From an uncultured Methanoregulaceae archaeon (GTDB taxonomy: Archaea; Halobacteriota; Methanomicrobia; Methanomicrobiales; Methanospirillaceae), in NCBI GenBank assembly GCA_963705255.1, contig OY970061.1:1440001-1504000 (forward strand): a DNA stretch of 64,000 nucleotides, written 5' to 3'. Numbering within the stretch: position 1 is the first letter of the stretch; every line of letters begins with the position of its first letter. Under the pieces are notes generated by a model, which was not told where the DNA came from, did not search any database, and saw only the letters and a list, made by a program, of their open reading frames with translations. Both the position numbers and the translations under genes were made by a program. This document shows, piece by piece, positions 23,101 through 33,084 of the stretch.

Positions 23101-23382
23101 CTTCACCTCGATCGGCAGCCCGTGCATGTCGTACCCCGCACGGTCGATGACATGCCTGCCGCCCATCCGGTGGTAGCGCAGGATGCTGTCCTTTAAAATC
23201 TTGTTCCATGCCGTCCCGAGGTGGATATGCCCGGTGGTATACGGCGGGCCGTCCACGAAAAAGAACGGTTTTCCTGCGCTGCGGTGCTTCCTGACCGCCT
23301 GGTAGGTGTCGTGGGTGCGCCAGTATTCCTGCACCTCACGCTCGATCTCCTTTGCACTGAAGTTCGCGGTGACTTCCTTCAC
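20200..23382 (-). CDS. ileS: Isoleucine--tRNA ligase
   Basis: DGPPY..G.IHLG, WTTTPWTLP.N, WCISRQRYWG, EGQDQTRGWF and KMSKS. Confidence 0.97.
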   Translation of the reverse strand: MKEVTANFSAKEIEREVQEYWRTHDTYQAVRKHRSAGKPFFFVDGPPYTTGHIHLGTAWNKILKDSILRYHRMGGRHVIDRAGYDMHGLPIEVKVEQALGFASKKDIEKFGIQPFIEKCREFAVTNKKLMDDQFAALGVWLDFPGAYQTVKREYIEAAWWTLARAEDRGMLERGHRVVNWCPRCETAIADAEVEYWDENDPSVFVRFPLKGRTNEFLLIWTTTPWTLPANVAVAVARDFVYAKVLAKKGENEAILWIAEPLVKAVLKKGRCRDFTLLETKRGAELAGWEYESPLASCVPLQREISHKVVTADFVALENTGMVHIAPGHGWDDFVLGTKEGLAIVCPVDGAGKFREEAGAFAGQYVRDSNVNVLQALGDHLFAKETVTHRYGHCWRCKTPIIFRATSQWFLKASEMRDLMLSEVEKVTWYPDWAGSARFYDWIKEARDWCISRQRYWGIPIPVWVCPKCDSYRVIGTIRELEERSGRPLEDPHRPYVDGVTIPCPCGGTMKRVEDIFDVWFDSAVASWATLGYPGKTEDFEKLWPADFITEGQDQTRGWFYSQLGASTIAFGKAPYKSVCMHGFALDAEGKKMSKSLGNVVNPTDVIEKVGVDVLRLYVLSSSAPWDDLKFNWEGVGTINRAVNILWNVYRFPLPYMILDRFEPASKEGVWDDAYIRAHLRQMPDEDRFIISRVNSVAALVDAAMKECQLHRATRELVSFILEDLSRWYVQLVRPRMWLEGESEQKVFAYETIYYVMRRLSQLLAPFCPHITEEIYGNLRCRNDLPSVHLLDWDAGEPLLVDRALEEAVGIVRSFDEACANARQAGKRKLRWPVSEVVVVTDSEPVKDAIERLNPVCMDRANARKVSVVMGRWERIGWKVEPVMKALGKRFGKDSFTVKGLIEKEDGDRLKAKIDIEGGIVKLGNTDFEIGSDYVTFSEKLPADIFSAPMTDATVYVDVSLTPDLEAEGYGREVIRRIQETRRQLDLAVEDFINVEVAVNDKRVLTLLLDNEIIAMISDEVRATFFGFSRDGTQPDPARYTSVKEWDVEGVAMTIGIAKTE

Positions 23383-23604
23383 AAGACCCCTCACTGTACG
23401 ATGGCGGGATGCCTGAAACGTATGGACACATGTTGGCGCCCCGGCACAAAGTAGTTTTTCTCGCATCCTGGCCCGGCCATGCCGGTATCGGCCCGGAGCT
23501 GGTAATGGGGAAAGCCCGTTACGGGCAGGCCCGAGGGTTGAGGGCAGGGCGTACCGCGCCCATCCAAACGTTTATGGCACCAGAGGAGAGAGCGCTCAAC
23601 TGTT

Positions 23605-25774
23605 GTGTCCGGACCTGACAACCGTTTTACCCACATCCCCCCGCGGCTCTCGGGGCTCGTCGAGGCTCGCGTACAACCTCTGGTGGAGCTGGCACCCCGA
23701 GGCACGCGTCCTGTTCAAGCAGCTGAACCAGGTGGCATGGAAAACCAGCGTCCACAACCCCGTGCGGATGCTCCGGGACGCCCCTGTGGAGTTTTTTGAG
23801 ACCGCGGGGAAGAATGCGGAATATCTCCGCCGGTACGAGATCGTGATGAACCGGTTCCGGCGCTACATGAGCGCCCGGACCGGCTGGTTCCGGGAGCAGT
23901 ACCCCGAGGGCCGCACCCTCACCATCGCGTATTTTTCGGCAGAATACGGGCTCCACCATTCCCTTCCCATGTATGCAGGGGGGCTCGGGTTCCTTGCAGG
24001 GGACTTTCTCAAGGAGTGCAGCGACCTTGGCGTCCCGCTGGTGGCCGTGGGGTTCATGTACTCTGAGGGCTACCTCCACCAGCATATCAGGGCGGACGGA
24101 TGGCAGGAAGGGATCCGGGAGACCCTTGACCGGGACGCCGCACCGGTCAAGCGCGTGCTGAATGAATCCGGCGAGCAGCTGGTGATCCAGGTTCCCCAGA
24201 TCGAGCCCCCGATCTCGGTTGCCGTATGGAAAGTGGACGTTGGGAGGGTTCCCCTCTACCTCCTCGACACCGACATCCCCCTCAACGACCCGGCCAGCTC
24301 GCCGGATATCCTCGAACCTGTACACGTCCGACCAGGAGGACCGGTTGAAGCAGGAGATCGTGCTGGGCATCGGCGGCCGGAAGGTCCTGCACTCGCTCGG
24401 CATCCTGTACAGTGCCGTCCACCTCAATGAGGGACACCCGGCCTTCGCCCTGCTGGAACGGATCCGGGAACGCGTGGAGCGGGGGATCCCGTTCGGGGAG
24501 GCCCTCTGCCAGGTGCAGGTCACGTCGGTCTTCACCACCCATACCCCCGTCGCGGCCGGGCACGATGTCTTCCCGGAAGAGCTGATGGACCGCTACTTCA
24601 GCACCTATTACCCGGCGCTCGGGATCGACCGGGAGACCTTCTTCCGTCTCGGGGCGCACCCGGACTTCCCGGGCGAAGGCTTCAACATGACCGTCCTTGC
24701 CATGCGCCTCTCCGCCTGCCATAATGCCGTCTCCCGCAGGCACGGGGAACTCGCCCGCCAGATGTGGCGGAACCTCTGGAAGGACCTGCCCTATGACCGC
24801 ATCCCGATCGATGCGATAACCAATGGTGTCCACCTTCCATCGTGGATGAACCCGAGGATCGAGGATCTCATCGACACGTACGTCTACCCCGTCACTCCGA
24901 ACTGGCAGCAGGAGCATGACGATGAGACCATCTGGGACCTCATTGACGAGATCCCGGACGAGAAGCTCTGGGACCTCCATTTCGACCTCAAGATCAAGCT
25001 GATCAACCGTATCCGTGAGCGCAAGCGGATACAATGGGCAAAAGGGCAGGAGGACCCGCGTACCCTGGTCACCGGGGGCCTGCTCCTGAACCCTTCCACC
25101 CTCACTATCGGGTTCGCACGGCGATTTGCCACCTACAAGCGGGCGGGCCTGATCTTCTCGGACATGGACCGGCTCCGGCGTCTCCTCACCGACCGCTGGC
25201 GGCCGGTCCAGATCATCTTTGCGGGCAAGGCCCACCCGTCCGATGATGACGGGAAACGGGTATCCAGCAGATCTACCAGATCGCACAACTCCCCGAGTTC
25301 GAGGGGAGGATCGCGTTCGTGGAAGACTACAGCGAGCAGAGTGCGCAGTACCTGGTGCACGGCGTCGATGTCTGGCTCAATAACCCCCTCCCCCCCATGG
25401 AGGCCAGCGGGACGAGCGGGATGAAAGCCGCCCTGAACGGGGTGATCAACCTGAGCATCCTCGACGGCTGGTGGCTGGAAGGGTACAATGGGAGGAACGG
25501 CTGGGCGTTCGGGAGCGATGCGGCTGTTGACAACCGTGATGAGGAGGACGCCCGGGCCATCTACGACCTGCTGGAAAACGAGGTCGTTCCGCTCTACTAC
25601 TCGTCCGCGCTTGACGGTATCCCGCACGGCTGGGTGAGGATGATGAAGGAATCGATCAAGAGCAACGCCCCGCGGTTCTCCGCCCGGCGGATGGTCAAGG
25701 AGTACGTCTCCCGCTACTATCCCGAGCTGATGTCGGGCGCCGATGTGGCCTACTCGTGCGTGCTGAAACAGTAA
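23605..25774 (+). CDS. glgP: Alpha-glucan (glycogen/maltodextrin) phosphorylase; frameshifts near 23665, 24298 and 25263
   Basis: AYNLWWSW, YFSAEYG, GGLGFLAGD, HLNEGH, FARRFATYKR, AGKAHP and EASGTSGMKA. Confidence 0.92.
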
Positions 25775-25911
25775 TCGCCCCGCCGTTTTCAGGGACGCTG
25801 TCATCTTCCGCTCACGGTTGTTCTTTTTAAAAACTGCTGGCGGGGGATGTACCCGGACCTGGCACCCGGCCAGTATCTGGTTTTATGAGGTGCCGGCCCA
25901 AGGTTACCTGC

Positions 25912-26394
25912 ATGCAGATCGCGGTGATTGGTGCTGCCGATGCCACACCGGAGGAGTCCGGGGCTGCACATGCCGTCGGAAGCCTGGTTGCCGGAGCCGG
26001 CGCGATACTCATCTGCGGGGGACTCGGCGGCGTTATGGAGGCGGCGTGCAAAGGTGCACACGAGGCGGGCGGGAAAACCGTCGGCATCGTGCCGGATACC
26101 AGGCAGGGCAACCCGTTCCTTGGCATCATCATCCGTTCCGGGCTCGGCCACGCGAGGAACGTGCTCGTCTCCCAGTCGGCGGACGCGGTGATCGCCATCG
26201 GCGGAAGGTACGGGACCCTCTCGGAGATCGCGATAGCGCTGAAGACGGGGCGCCCGGTGTTCGGTCTCTCCACTTGGGAGATCCCTGGGGTAATACCGTG
26301 CGCCACCCCGGAAGAAGCGGTGGGGATGGCGGTCCGGGCCGCACGGGAGGCCAGCCACCCGAAGGGCCAAAAGGCCAAGGGCATGGAGCCATGA
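25912..26394 (+). CDS. TIGR00725 family (LOG-like Rossmann-fold) protein
   Basis: CGGLGGVMEAACKGA, ARN and GGRYGTLSEIA. Confidence 0.85.
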   Translation: MQIAVIGAADATPEESGAAHAVGSLVAGAGAILICGGLGGVMEAACKGAHEAGGKTVGIVPDTRQGNPFLGIIIRSGLGHARNVLVSQSADAVIAIGGRYGTLSEIAIALKTGRPVFGLSTWEIPGVIPCATPEEAVGMAVRAAREASHPKGQKAKGMEP

Positions 26395-26561
26395 GCGGGT
26401 ACACGCTTCCTCAGGTGCGCCCCCCTGCCCGTGCCCGGAACATACCGGGATGGCCTGAGGCCAACGGACAACCCGGACCATTTCCCGTGGCAGCTGCTCT
26501 CCTCCCTACCCGTTTTCCCTACGGAGCGGATGGCGGGGCTGGAACCGCCCGGTTAAAAAAA

Positions 26562-26738
26562 TTACTTGAAGCAGCCCAGCTGGCAGGCACGGATCTTGAT
26601 TTTGTGCGAGTTGCAGTACTCGCTGACATCGCTTTTCGTGATCTTGTGCTTTTTCGCAATGGCAAATGCCTGCGGGCAGGTGATCTCCCGGTCGATCCCC
26701 TCTTCGAGGAAGATCTTCTCCACTTTTTTGGCGTCCAT
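26562..26738 (-). CDS. Small hypothetical protein (C..AF.IA...CQLGCF type)
   Basis: 58-aa ORF with ITCPQAFAIA and KIRACQLGCF. Confidence 0.75.
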   Translation of the reverse strand: MDAKKVEKIFLEEGIDREITCPQAFAIAKKHKITKSDVSEYCNSHKIKIRACQLGCFK

Positions 26739-26833
26739 GGTAACACTGTTTTGTGTACTTGCGTATAGGGTTAACGCCTCAGCGGGCAGAAACTGGAACA
26801 CCCTTAATCGTCCGGAACGACAATGATTCCGTG

Positions 26834-28151
26834 ATGAGGATCGCGCTCGTCAGTTCCCGGCAGGACAAGGCAGGGCAGAACATCCGGCACCATATCGTTC
26901 AACTGCTCGGCAGCGGCAGCCATGACGGCCAGGCGGCGGGCGGCCACACCTACGAGTTCATCGACGTGGAGGAACGGCTGATCCACGCGGGGCGGGTCGA
27001 TGCGGGGTCCGATGCCGATCTCGTTATCTTCCTCTCCCGCCATGCCAGCGTCAACCCTCTCCCCGTTCTTACCGTGCACGTGACCGGGAACTTCAGGGAA
27101 GCGGAACTTGGCGGGGAACCGCGGACGCTCGCACCCGCTGCCCCGGCGATGATGCAGGCCACGCTCCGGGCGCTCGCCCGGCACTGCCCGGAAGGCTACC
27201 GGGTCTCGGTACGAGGTGACCCACCACGGCCCGACCGCGCTCTGCCATCCCTCGTTCTTTGTCGAGATCGGGAGCACCGAGAAGGAGTGGACCGACCCGG
27301 TCGCCGGACGGGCGGTGGCCGAGAGCGTGCTCTCCGCCGTGCCGATCGATCCGGTGCCGCTGATCGGGTTCGGCGGGACCCATTACGCGGCCCGTGAGAC
27401 GGAGATCGCCCTGATGTCCCGCGGGGCATTCGGCCACATCGCCCACACCCGCGAGATACCTGCACTGAATAAAGAGATGGTCCTTGCCATGATGGAGAAG
27501 AGCGGTGCCGTTGCCGCGTACATCGACCGGAAAGCGCTCGCCCGCGAAGACCTTGGCCGGTTGTCCGGGGTGCTGGCGGAGCTCGCGATACCGCGGTTGT
27601 CGGAGAGCGAGATTGCTGCCATCGGGCACCTCTCGTGGGAGACGTACTGTGCCGTCAGGGAGATGGCCGGGAAAGTCTCCCCGGGCGCCCGCTGCTACGT
27701 CCACGACCTTTCCGGTTCCGGAAACCTCTGCCTCGTCCGGGCAAATCCGGTTTTAATTGCCGAAACGGTAAAATCGGACGAGCCGGGGCTGATAAAAGAT
27801 CTCGACAGATTACCGGTCGTTCACCTTTCCACGGCCGCAAATCGGCTGCTTCCCGAATTTATCATGTATGAGGAACATTCTTCTCGGATAATACATGATT
27901 TAAATACCTTGTGCGTAAAAATCATACGTAATAAAGAGATCACTGCAACGGAGAGCGATCACCTGATCATAACCAAGGTACGGTTTGACCCCGGAAAAGC
28001 GCGCGAACTGGGGGTACCACCCGGACCTTTTTACCAACGCCTTTCAGCAGGTCAGGCTATTGAGATCAACGGCAGGGTGATCACACCCGACATGGTATCT
28101 TCCTGCAGTGAGACTGACATCCATATCCCGGGGTTGGAGAAGTTTCCATGA
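26834..28151 (+). CDS. dtdA: Archaeal D-aminoacyl-tRNA deacylase; frameshift near 27209
   Basis: [29 protein letters not shown] and GFGGTHY; typical position upstream of ftsZ. Confidence 0.9.
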
Positions 28152-29239
28152 GGTCAATTGTTGAAGAGGCACTAACCAAGGCGAGGGACGAGACCGTATC
28201 GCCCACGCAGAATAACGAAGACCTTGACCAGATCCTTGCCGAGCTCAAGACGGAGATAACGGTGATCGGGTGCGGGGGCGGCGGGTCGAACACTATCTCC
28301 CGCATGATGGAGGAGGGCATCCACGGGGCGAAGCTCATCGCCATAAACACCGACGCCCAGCACCTGATCCGCACCCACGCGGACCAGCGGATCCTCGTCG
28401 GCCGCCAGCGTACCCGCGGCCTCGGGGCCGGCTCCATCCCGCAGATCGGCGAGGAGGCGGCCCTCGAGAACGAGCAGGAGATCCGTGCCGTGGTCTCCGG
28501 CTGCGACATGGTCTTCATCACGGTCGGGCTCGGCGGCGGTACCGGGACCGGCGTGGCCCCGGTCGTGGCGAAGGCAGCCCGGGAGGAGGGGGCGCTCACG
28601 ATCGCGATCGTCACCCTGCCGTTCGCTGCGGAAGGTGCCATCCGCATGGAAAATGCAGAGGCCGGCCTCGAACGCCTCCGGGACGTGGCGGACACGGTCA
28701 TTGTCGTGCCCAATGACAAGCTCCTCGAGGTCGTGCCGAAACTCCCGCTCTATGCGGCGTTCAAGGTAGCCGATGAAGTCCTGATGCGTGCGGTCAAGGG
28801 AATCACCGAACTGATCACGATGCCCGGGCTCGTGAACCTGGACTTTGCCGATGTACGCACGGTCATGGAGCGCGGCGGCGTGGCCATGATCGGGATGGGC
28901 GAGAGCGACAGCGAGGACAAGGCGGCAGACTCGGTCAAGAAGGCGATCCGGTCGCCGCTCCTCGACGTGGATATCTCCGGCGCGACCGCCGCGCTCGTCA
29001 ACGTGGTTGGCGGCCCGGACATGACCATGGAAGAAGCGGAAGGTGTCGTGCAGGAGGTCTACAACCGCGTAGACCCGAATGCGCGTATCATCTGGGGTGC
29101 CCAGATCGACCCGGGGATGGAGAACAAGATGCGCACCCTGCTGGTGGTCACGGGCGTACGGTCGCCACAAATATATGGTCGTAATGAGAAGCTTACCCCC
29201 AAAGTACAGAAACAGTTTGAGATCGATTTTCTCAAGTGA
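28148..29239 (+). CDS. ftsZ: Cell division protein FtsZ
   Basis: [17 protein letters not shown] and NLDFADV. Confidence 0.98.
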   Translation: MRSIVEEALTKARDETVSPTQNNEDLDQILAELKTEITVIGCGGGGSNTISRMMEEGIHGAKLIAINTDAQHLIRTHADQRILVGRQRTRGLGAGSIPQIGEEAALENEQEIRAVVSGCDMVFITVGLGGGTGTGVAPVVAKAAREEGALTIAIVTLPFAAEGAIRMENAEAGLERLRDVADTVIVVPNDKLLEVVPKLPLYAAFKVADEVLMRAVKGITELITMPGLVNLDFADVRTVMERGGVAMIGMGESDSEDKAADSVKKAIRSPLLDVDISGATAALVNVVGGPDMTMEEAEGVVQEVYNRVDPNARIIWGAQIDPGMENKMRTLLVVTGVRSPQIYGRNEKLTPKVQKQFEIDFLK

Positions 29240-29245
29240 GCGGAT

Positions 29246-29455
29246 ATGGAAATTTCAAAGCCTGACTTCAAAACAGACGTATTACACGAGGAGCTGCTCC
29301 GCAAATACCTGCGGGTGCTCAAACTCGCGCGCACCCCCACCCGGGAAGAGTTTACCAAGATCGCGACCGTTGCGGCAGCCGGGGTCCTCCTTGTCGGACT
29401 GATCGGTTTCATCATCTATGTCTTCTTCGATCACAAGGCCCTGCTGGGATTCTAG
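29246..29455 (+). CDS. secE: Protein translocase SecE / Sec61-gamma
   Basis: YLRVLKLARTPTREEF plus a TM helix; synteny with ftsZ and spt5. Confidence 0.93.
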   Translation: MEISKPDFKTDVLHEELLRKYLRVLKLARTPTREEFTKIATVAAAGVLLVGLIGFIIYVFFDHKALLGF

Positions 29456-29464
29456 GCCGGCCCG

Positions 29465-30001
29465 ATGCTTATGACACAGCCAACCAGTCCCGCACCCAAT
29501 ACCGCCCCCGCGGTGGCACCCGCAGCTCCTGAGGTCTTCGTCAACCGGATATTTGCCATCAAGACGACATCGAAGCAGGAGCGGACGGTCGCGGACAACA
29601 TCCTCAAGGCGATCGATACCAAGGCAACGGACGTCAAGGTCACGGCCATCATCGTGCCCAACGAACTGCAGGGCTACGTGCTCGTGGAGACCCCGGAGAA
29701 GATGAACCGGATCGAGCAGCTCGTGGAGAAAGTTGCCCATGCACGGTCGGTGATCAAGGGCGAGACTACCCTTGCCGAGGTCGGCCACTTCCTCATCCCG
29801 AAACCGGTCGTCTCCGGTATCGAGGAAGGCACCATCGTCGAACTGATCGCCGGTCCCTTCAAGGGCGAGAAAGCAGTGGTCAAGCGCGTGGACTCGGCGA
29901 AGGAGGAGATCACGGTCGAGCTCTACGAGAGCGTGGTCCCGATCCCGATCACGGTCCGGGGCGACAACGTCCGGGTCGTCGAGAAGTTCAGCGACCGGTA
30001 A
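29465..30001 (+). CDS. spt5: Transcription elongation factor Spt5 (NusG)
   Basis: NGN domain plus KOW motif VELIAGPFKGEKAVV. Confidence 0.95.
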   Translation: MLMTQPTSPAPNTAPAVAPAAPEVFVNRIFAIKTTSKQERTVADNILKAIDTKATDVKVTAIIVPNELQGYVLVETPEKMNRIEQLVEKVAHARSVIKGETTLAEVGHFLIPKPVVSGIEEGTIVELIAGPFKGEKAVVKRVDSAKEEITVELYESVVPIPITVRGDNVRVVEKFSDR

Positions 30002-30059
30002 AGCTCAACTCTTTTTTAGTACCGCTGCAGGACAAATCGGCACTTTCAAAACTCAGTGG

Positions 30060-30272
30060 TGCATGGCGGGATGTTCCGAGAGCGCACAAAGGTAGTCAGG
30101 AGCTTTGATAGTTCAATTGGTGCAATGGAACTTACGGCAGGAATGCAGACGTATTACAACTACATCCGCCCCTCAGGGAATCGGCGGGTTGACACCAGCG
30201 CAGATGGCAAATATCCCGATCAATCTGATGAGGAACCGATGGGAGACGATGATTGGGTTGGTGGTAAAATAA
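30060..30272 (+). pseudogene. C-terminal remnant of an archaeal DDE (IS6/IS240-like) transposase
   Basis: HG..FRERTKV.R...G...YYNYIRP, then a frameshift to GIGGLTPAQMA.I.....NRWETMI. Confidence 0.7.
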
Positions 30273-30273
30273 A

Positions 30274-30576
30274 TTATTTTTGGTCTTTCTTCTGATTGCT
30301 TTCGAATTCTTCAAGTATTTTTACCTGGCCGCTCATCCATTCGATCACTTTTTGGTACATTTCACGTGTCATTCTAATCTCAATTGTAAAAGTTCGTTTA
30401 ATTGTTTTAATATTTAATGAGGCATCCGGGTTAAATTCTGGTTCGATTATATCATCGAAAAACATAATTGTCCCTGCGTTACTATTCACCCATGTATATA
30501 TGCCATCAGCGTTTATTACTTTGAAATCCGATGATTTTGCAGAGATTAATTTAGGTGGTTTTGGTGCCTCTGTCAT
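30274..30576 (-). CDS. Small hypothetical protein (DUF3467-like)
   Basis: AT-rich 100-aa ORF with FKVINADG and IEIRMT; coupled to the upstream ORF. Confidence 0.6.
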   Translation of the reverse strand: MTEAPKPPKLISAKSSDFKVINADGIYTWVNSNAGTIMFFDDIIEPEFNPDASLNIKTIKRTFTIEIRMTREMYQKVIEWMSGQVKILEEFESNQKKDQK

Positions 30577-30578
30577 TT

Positions 30579-31103
30579 TTACGCCTCGGTTTGTAATATA
30601 TGAGTACTTTTCGTCAATTCTATCGTTGCTGGATTACCACCAGCAGGATTGCTTAATTGGGGTGGGTTTATCTTATTAAATAATCCTAAACTCAAGGAAA
30701 CACTGACATTACCACTCGCATTAATATTATTCGGTTGTGGATATGTGATTGGTAAGTTATCCATTCCCAGCATTACGCCCTTGTATAATGATCTCATAAC
30801 CGATTTTCCTAAGTATGATGGGTGATAAATGGCAATCTCGGTCTCTCCAATATCTTCCAAAAATTCTGCTTTTTTAGAGATTATCCCAGCTTTAACCAAG
30901 GATTTTAATGGATGGTTAATATCTTCTGAATGAACTGTTTTGAATAAAGCTTTTAACTCTCCAAAGCGCATCCGTTCGTTTTTTAATAATGCAATAAAGA
31001 TCGCTTGGCTATTCTTGTTGGATAATGGTGAAATTGCATCAAACACTTCTGAAGGTACTTCAGATAAGAACGAGTTCATAATATCTTTATCAAGCATTAT
31101 CAC
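30579..31103 (-). CDS. Winged-helix DNA-binding protein
   Basis: LSNK...IFIALL....MRFGELK....I...LKSLVKAGII...Y..S.LG; SD GAGGT upstream. Confidence 0.7.
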   Translation of the reverse strand: MIMLDKDIMNSFLSEVPSEVFDAISPLSNKNSQAIFIALLKNERMRFGELKALFKTVHSEDINHPLKSLVKAGIISKKAEFLEDIGETEIAIYHPSYLGKSVMRSLYKGVMLGMDNLPITYPQPNNINASGNVSVSLSLGLFNKINPPQLSNPAGGNPATIELTKSTHILQTEA

Positions 31104-31131
31104 ACCTCGACGAGTTTACTGTATGTACATA

Positions 31132-31190
31132 GTCAAATATCATTTGACCAGTAATAATTCTTTGTATCATGTTGTCAAATATCATTTGTC
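31132..31190. promoter_or_regulatory. Two palindromic operator-like sites GTCAAAT-ATC-ATTTG(A/T)C, 42 bp apart
   Basis: 31132-31148 is a perfect inverted repeat and 31174-31190 has one mismatch; they lie in the divergent intergenic region next to the wHTH gene. Confidence 0.65.
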
Positions 31191-31227
31191 TATATTCATT
31201 ATCTTAAACCAAATCAAATAAATTTTT

Positions 31228-31767
31228 GTGGGATTATATTTTGATTCCTTAGATATAGAAGCTATAACCGGTGATATTAAAAAACGTATTTCCATCGGGA
31301 TATGTGGATCTTTTACTGAACCTAATAAACCAATATTAGAGGGACTGAAAAGATATCTTAAAGAAAAAGGATATGTCCATGTTTTTACAGCGGATGATTT
31401 TCCATGCGATAAAACACCGATTAACAGCGGTGACGCAAAATATGGGTTTACTTACGAGAAATGCATGGAAATGGTGAATAATTGTGATATTGTTATTATT
31501 TTTTTATTGAACTCCGTTCAAGATTCCGAAATAAATCAATCAGCAATTGCAGAACTCCAAGAATTATGTAGCAAATGTAAACGAAATGTAATTGTTTTAA
31601 CCGAGGAAGGATTTAAATTTCGAAGTATGGTAAAGGGTGTTAAATATAGATCTGTTAAATGGTGGACTTGGCAAGAGTTTTCAATAAATGAAATTGTGGA
31701 TTGTTACCAATATGTGAAGCAATCTTGCCACAATTTAATTTTAGAACGATTTGTTAGAAGGGGATAA
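31228..31767 (+). CDS. Hypothetical protein, nucleoside 2-deoxyribosyltransferase-like fold
   Basis: IGICGSF, L..KGY, CDIVII, S...E and VIVL pattern; AT-rich. Confidence 0.55.
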   Translation: MGLYFDSLDIEAITGDIKKRISIGICGSFTEPNKPILEGLKRYLKEKGYVHVFTADDFPCDKTPINSGDAKYGFTYEKCMEMVNNCDIVIIFLLNSVQDSEINQSAIAELQELCSKCKRNVIVLTEEGFKFRSMVKGVKYRSVKWWTWQEFSINEIVDCYQYVKQSCHNLILERFVRRG

Positions 31768-31830
31768 ATAAGTCCCGCCACATATCATGCGTGATCAAAA
31801 GTCCCGAATTCCCGCGATCCTATCAGAACC

Positions 31831-31911
31831 AAAGAAGGGGTCCTGGAACTGAACGTGTCCAAGAAAGAGCCAAAACCGGAAGCAAAGACGCGGAAGATCG
31901 AATTGAAGTAG
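31831..31911 (+). pseudogene. 3' remnant of an Hsp20/alpha-crystallin gene
   Basis: KEGVLELNVSKKEPKPEAKTRKIELK* (GVL..P/SK and IxI-like tail); no 5' part present. Confidence 0.6.
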
Positions 31912-31986
31912 ATCTTGCTGTCTTTTTTCTCTTTCAGGTCAAAGAGTCAGAATCGGACTATACGTAATTGGTCTCAATAAAAAAGG

Positions 31987-32772
31987 TTAGACCGGTGCAG
32001 GAACGGCAGCGGTCTGCGTCACCGTTGCCCCCGCAGGGTGGGCAGTCCGGTAGCCTTTCACGATATCGCGGAACTGGCTGCACAACGTCGCCAGCTGCTG
32101 GTTTGCGGCCTGAACTGCTTTCCCGTCCTGGCTGTCGAACGCGGCCTTCAGTGCCGTGCCTTCCTGCTGGATCTGGTTTTCGACCGCCTGTGCCTGCGCA
32201 ACATCGACACCTTTTGCCGTCAGTTTCGCGAGCACGCTGTTCCGTTCCTGGTCGTTGTGGGCGAACTCATCCATCCGGGCGGTCCCGCGGTCCGTCCACC
32301 ACGTGGTCTTGAGGCTCTGGATCGCAGCCGACTGTGCCATGACCGAGGCGTTGACGCTCTCGCGGAGGGCCTTTCCGGTGCCGTTGTACTCCTTCAGCGA
32401 TCCTCTTGCCGTGCTCATGAACTCCTTCCGGTCTGCACCCATCTGCGTATCCGCGGCTTTGATCTGATCAGCGGCGGTCATCGACTGCACCGAGGACTCT
32501 GTGCCGGTGAACTGCGATTCAAGAGAAGAGAGCTGGCCTGTCCCGGCACCATTGCTGAGGGTACCGATATAGCTGATCGCCCCGTCCATCTGTGCCTGTC
32601 CGATTGCGCCGGCATACGCCACTCCTGCCTGCATCGCGGTGATATGTTCAGGGTTGTCGTTCCATGAAGTCCCGTTCCCGAGAGCGCTCGCGGCCGGCAT
32701 GATCGCCGCAACGAGGCAGATCATGCAGAAGCCGCACAGCACTGTTATCCTTGTGTTTTTCATTTCTGTCAC
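31987..32772 (-). CDS. Secreted helical hypothetical protein
   Basis: Signal-peptide-like N-terminus ending PAASA; Ala/Gln-rich helical body. Confidence 0.75.
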   Translation of the reverse strand: MTEMKNTRITVLCGFCMICLVAAIMPAASALGNGTSWNDNPEHITAMQAGVAYAGAIGQAQMDGAISYIGTLSNGAGTGQLSSLESQFTGTESSVQSMTAADQIKAADTQMGADRKEFMSTARGSLKEYNGTGKALRESVNASVMAQSAAIQSLKTTWWTDRGTARMDEFAHNDQERNSVLAKLTAKGVDVAQAQAVENQIQQEGTALKAAFDSQDGKAVQAANQQLATLCSQFRDIVKGYRTAHPAGATVTQTAAVPAPV

Positions 32773-33084
32773 CTGTCTTCCCGGGTGTTGTTCCCACCCT
32801 GATCACCCGTTGCCCGGAGGAGCTTATGTATTCATAAAATGGGAGCAGTGCTCCGTGTAAAAATGCGGGGTGAAACGTTGAACCCGCGGGTTAGACCATA
32901 TCTGACTGGTCCTGGCGGACAACGGTGAAGTTACCCGAAATTCTCCGTTACGAACCAAAACACAAAGGCAATACAACGCGCCGGAACCGCACCCGGACAT
33001 AATAACGATAATCCGGCACGGTACAGCCTCCAACGCGCCGTTGATCGGGAAAAATCCAGATCAGTTTCAAAAGAGGAAAATTTT

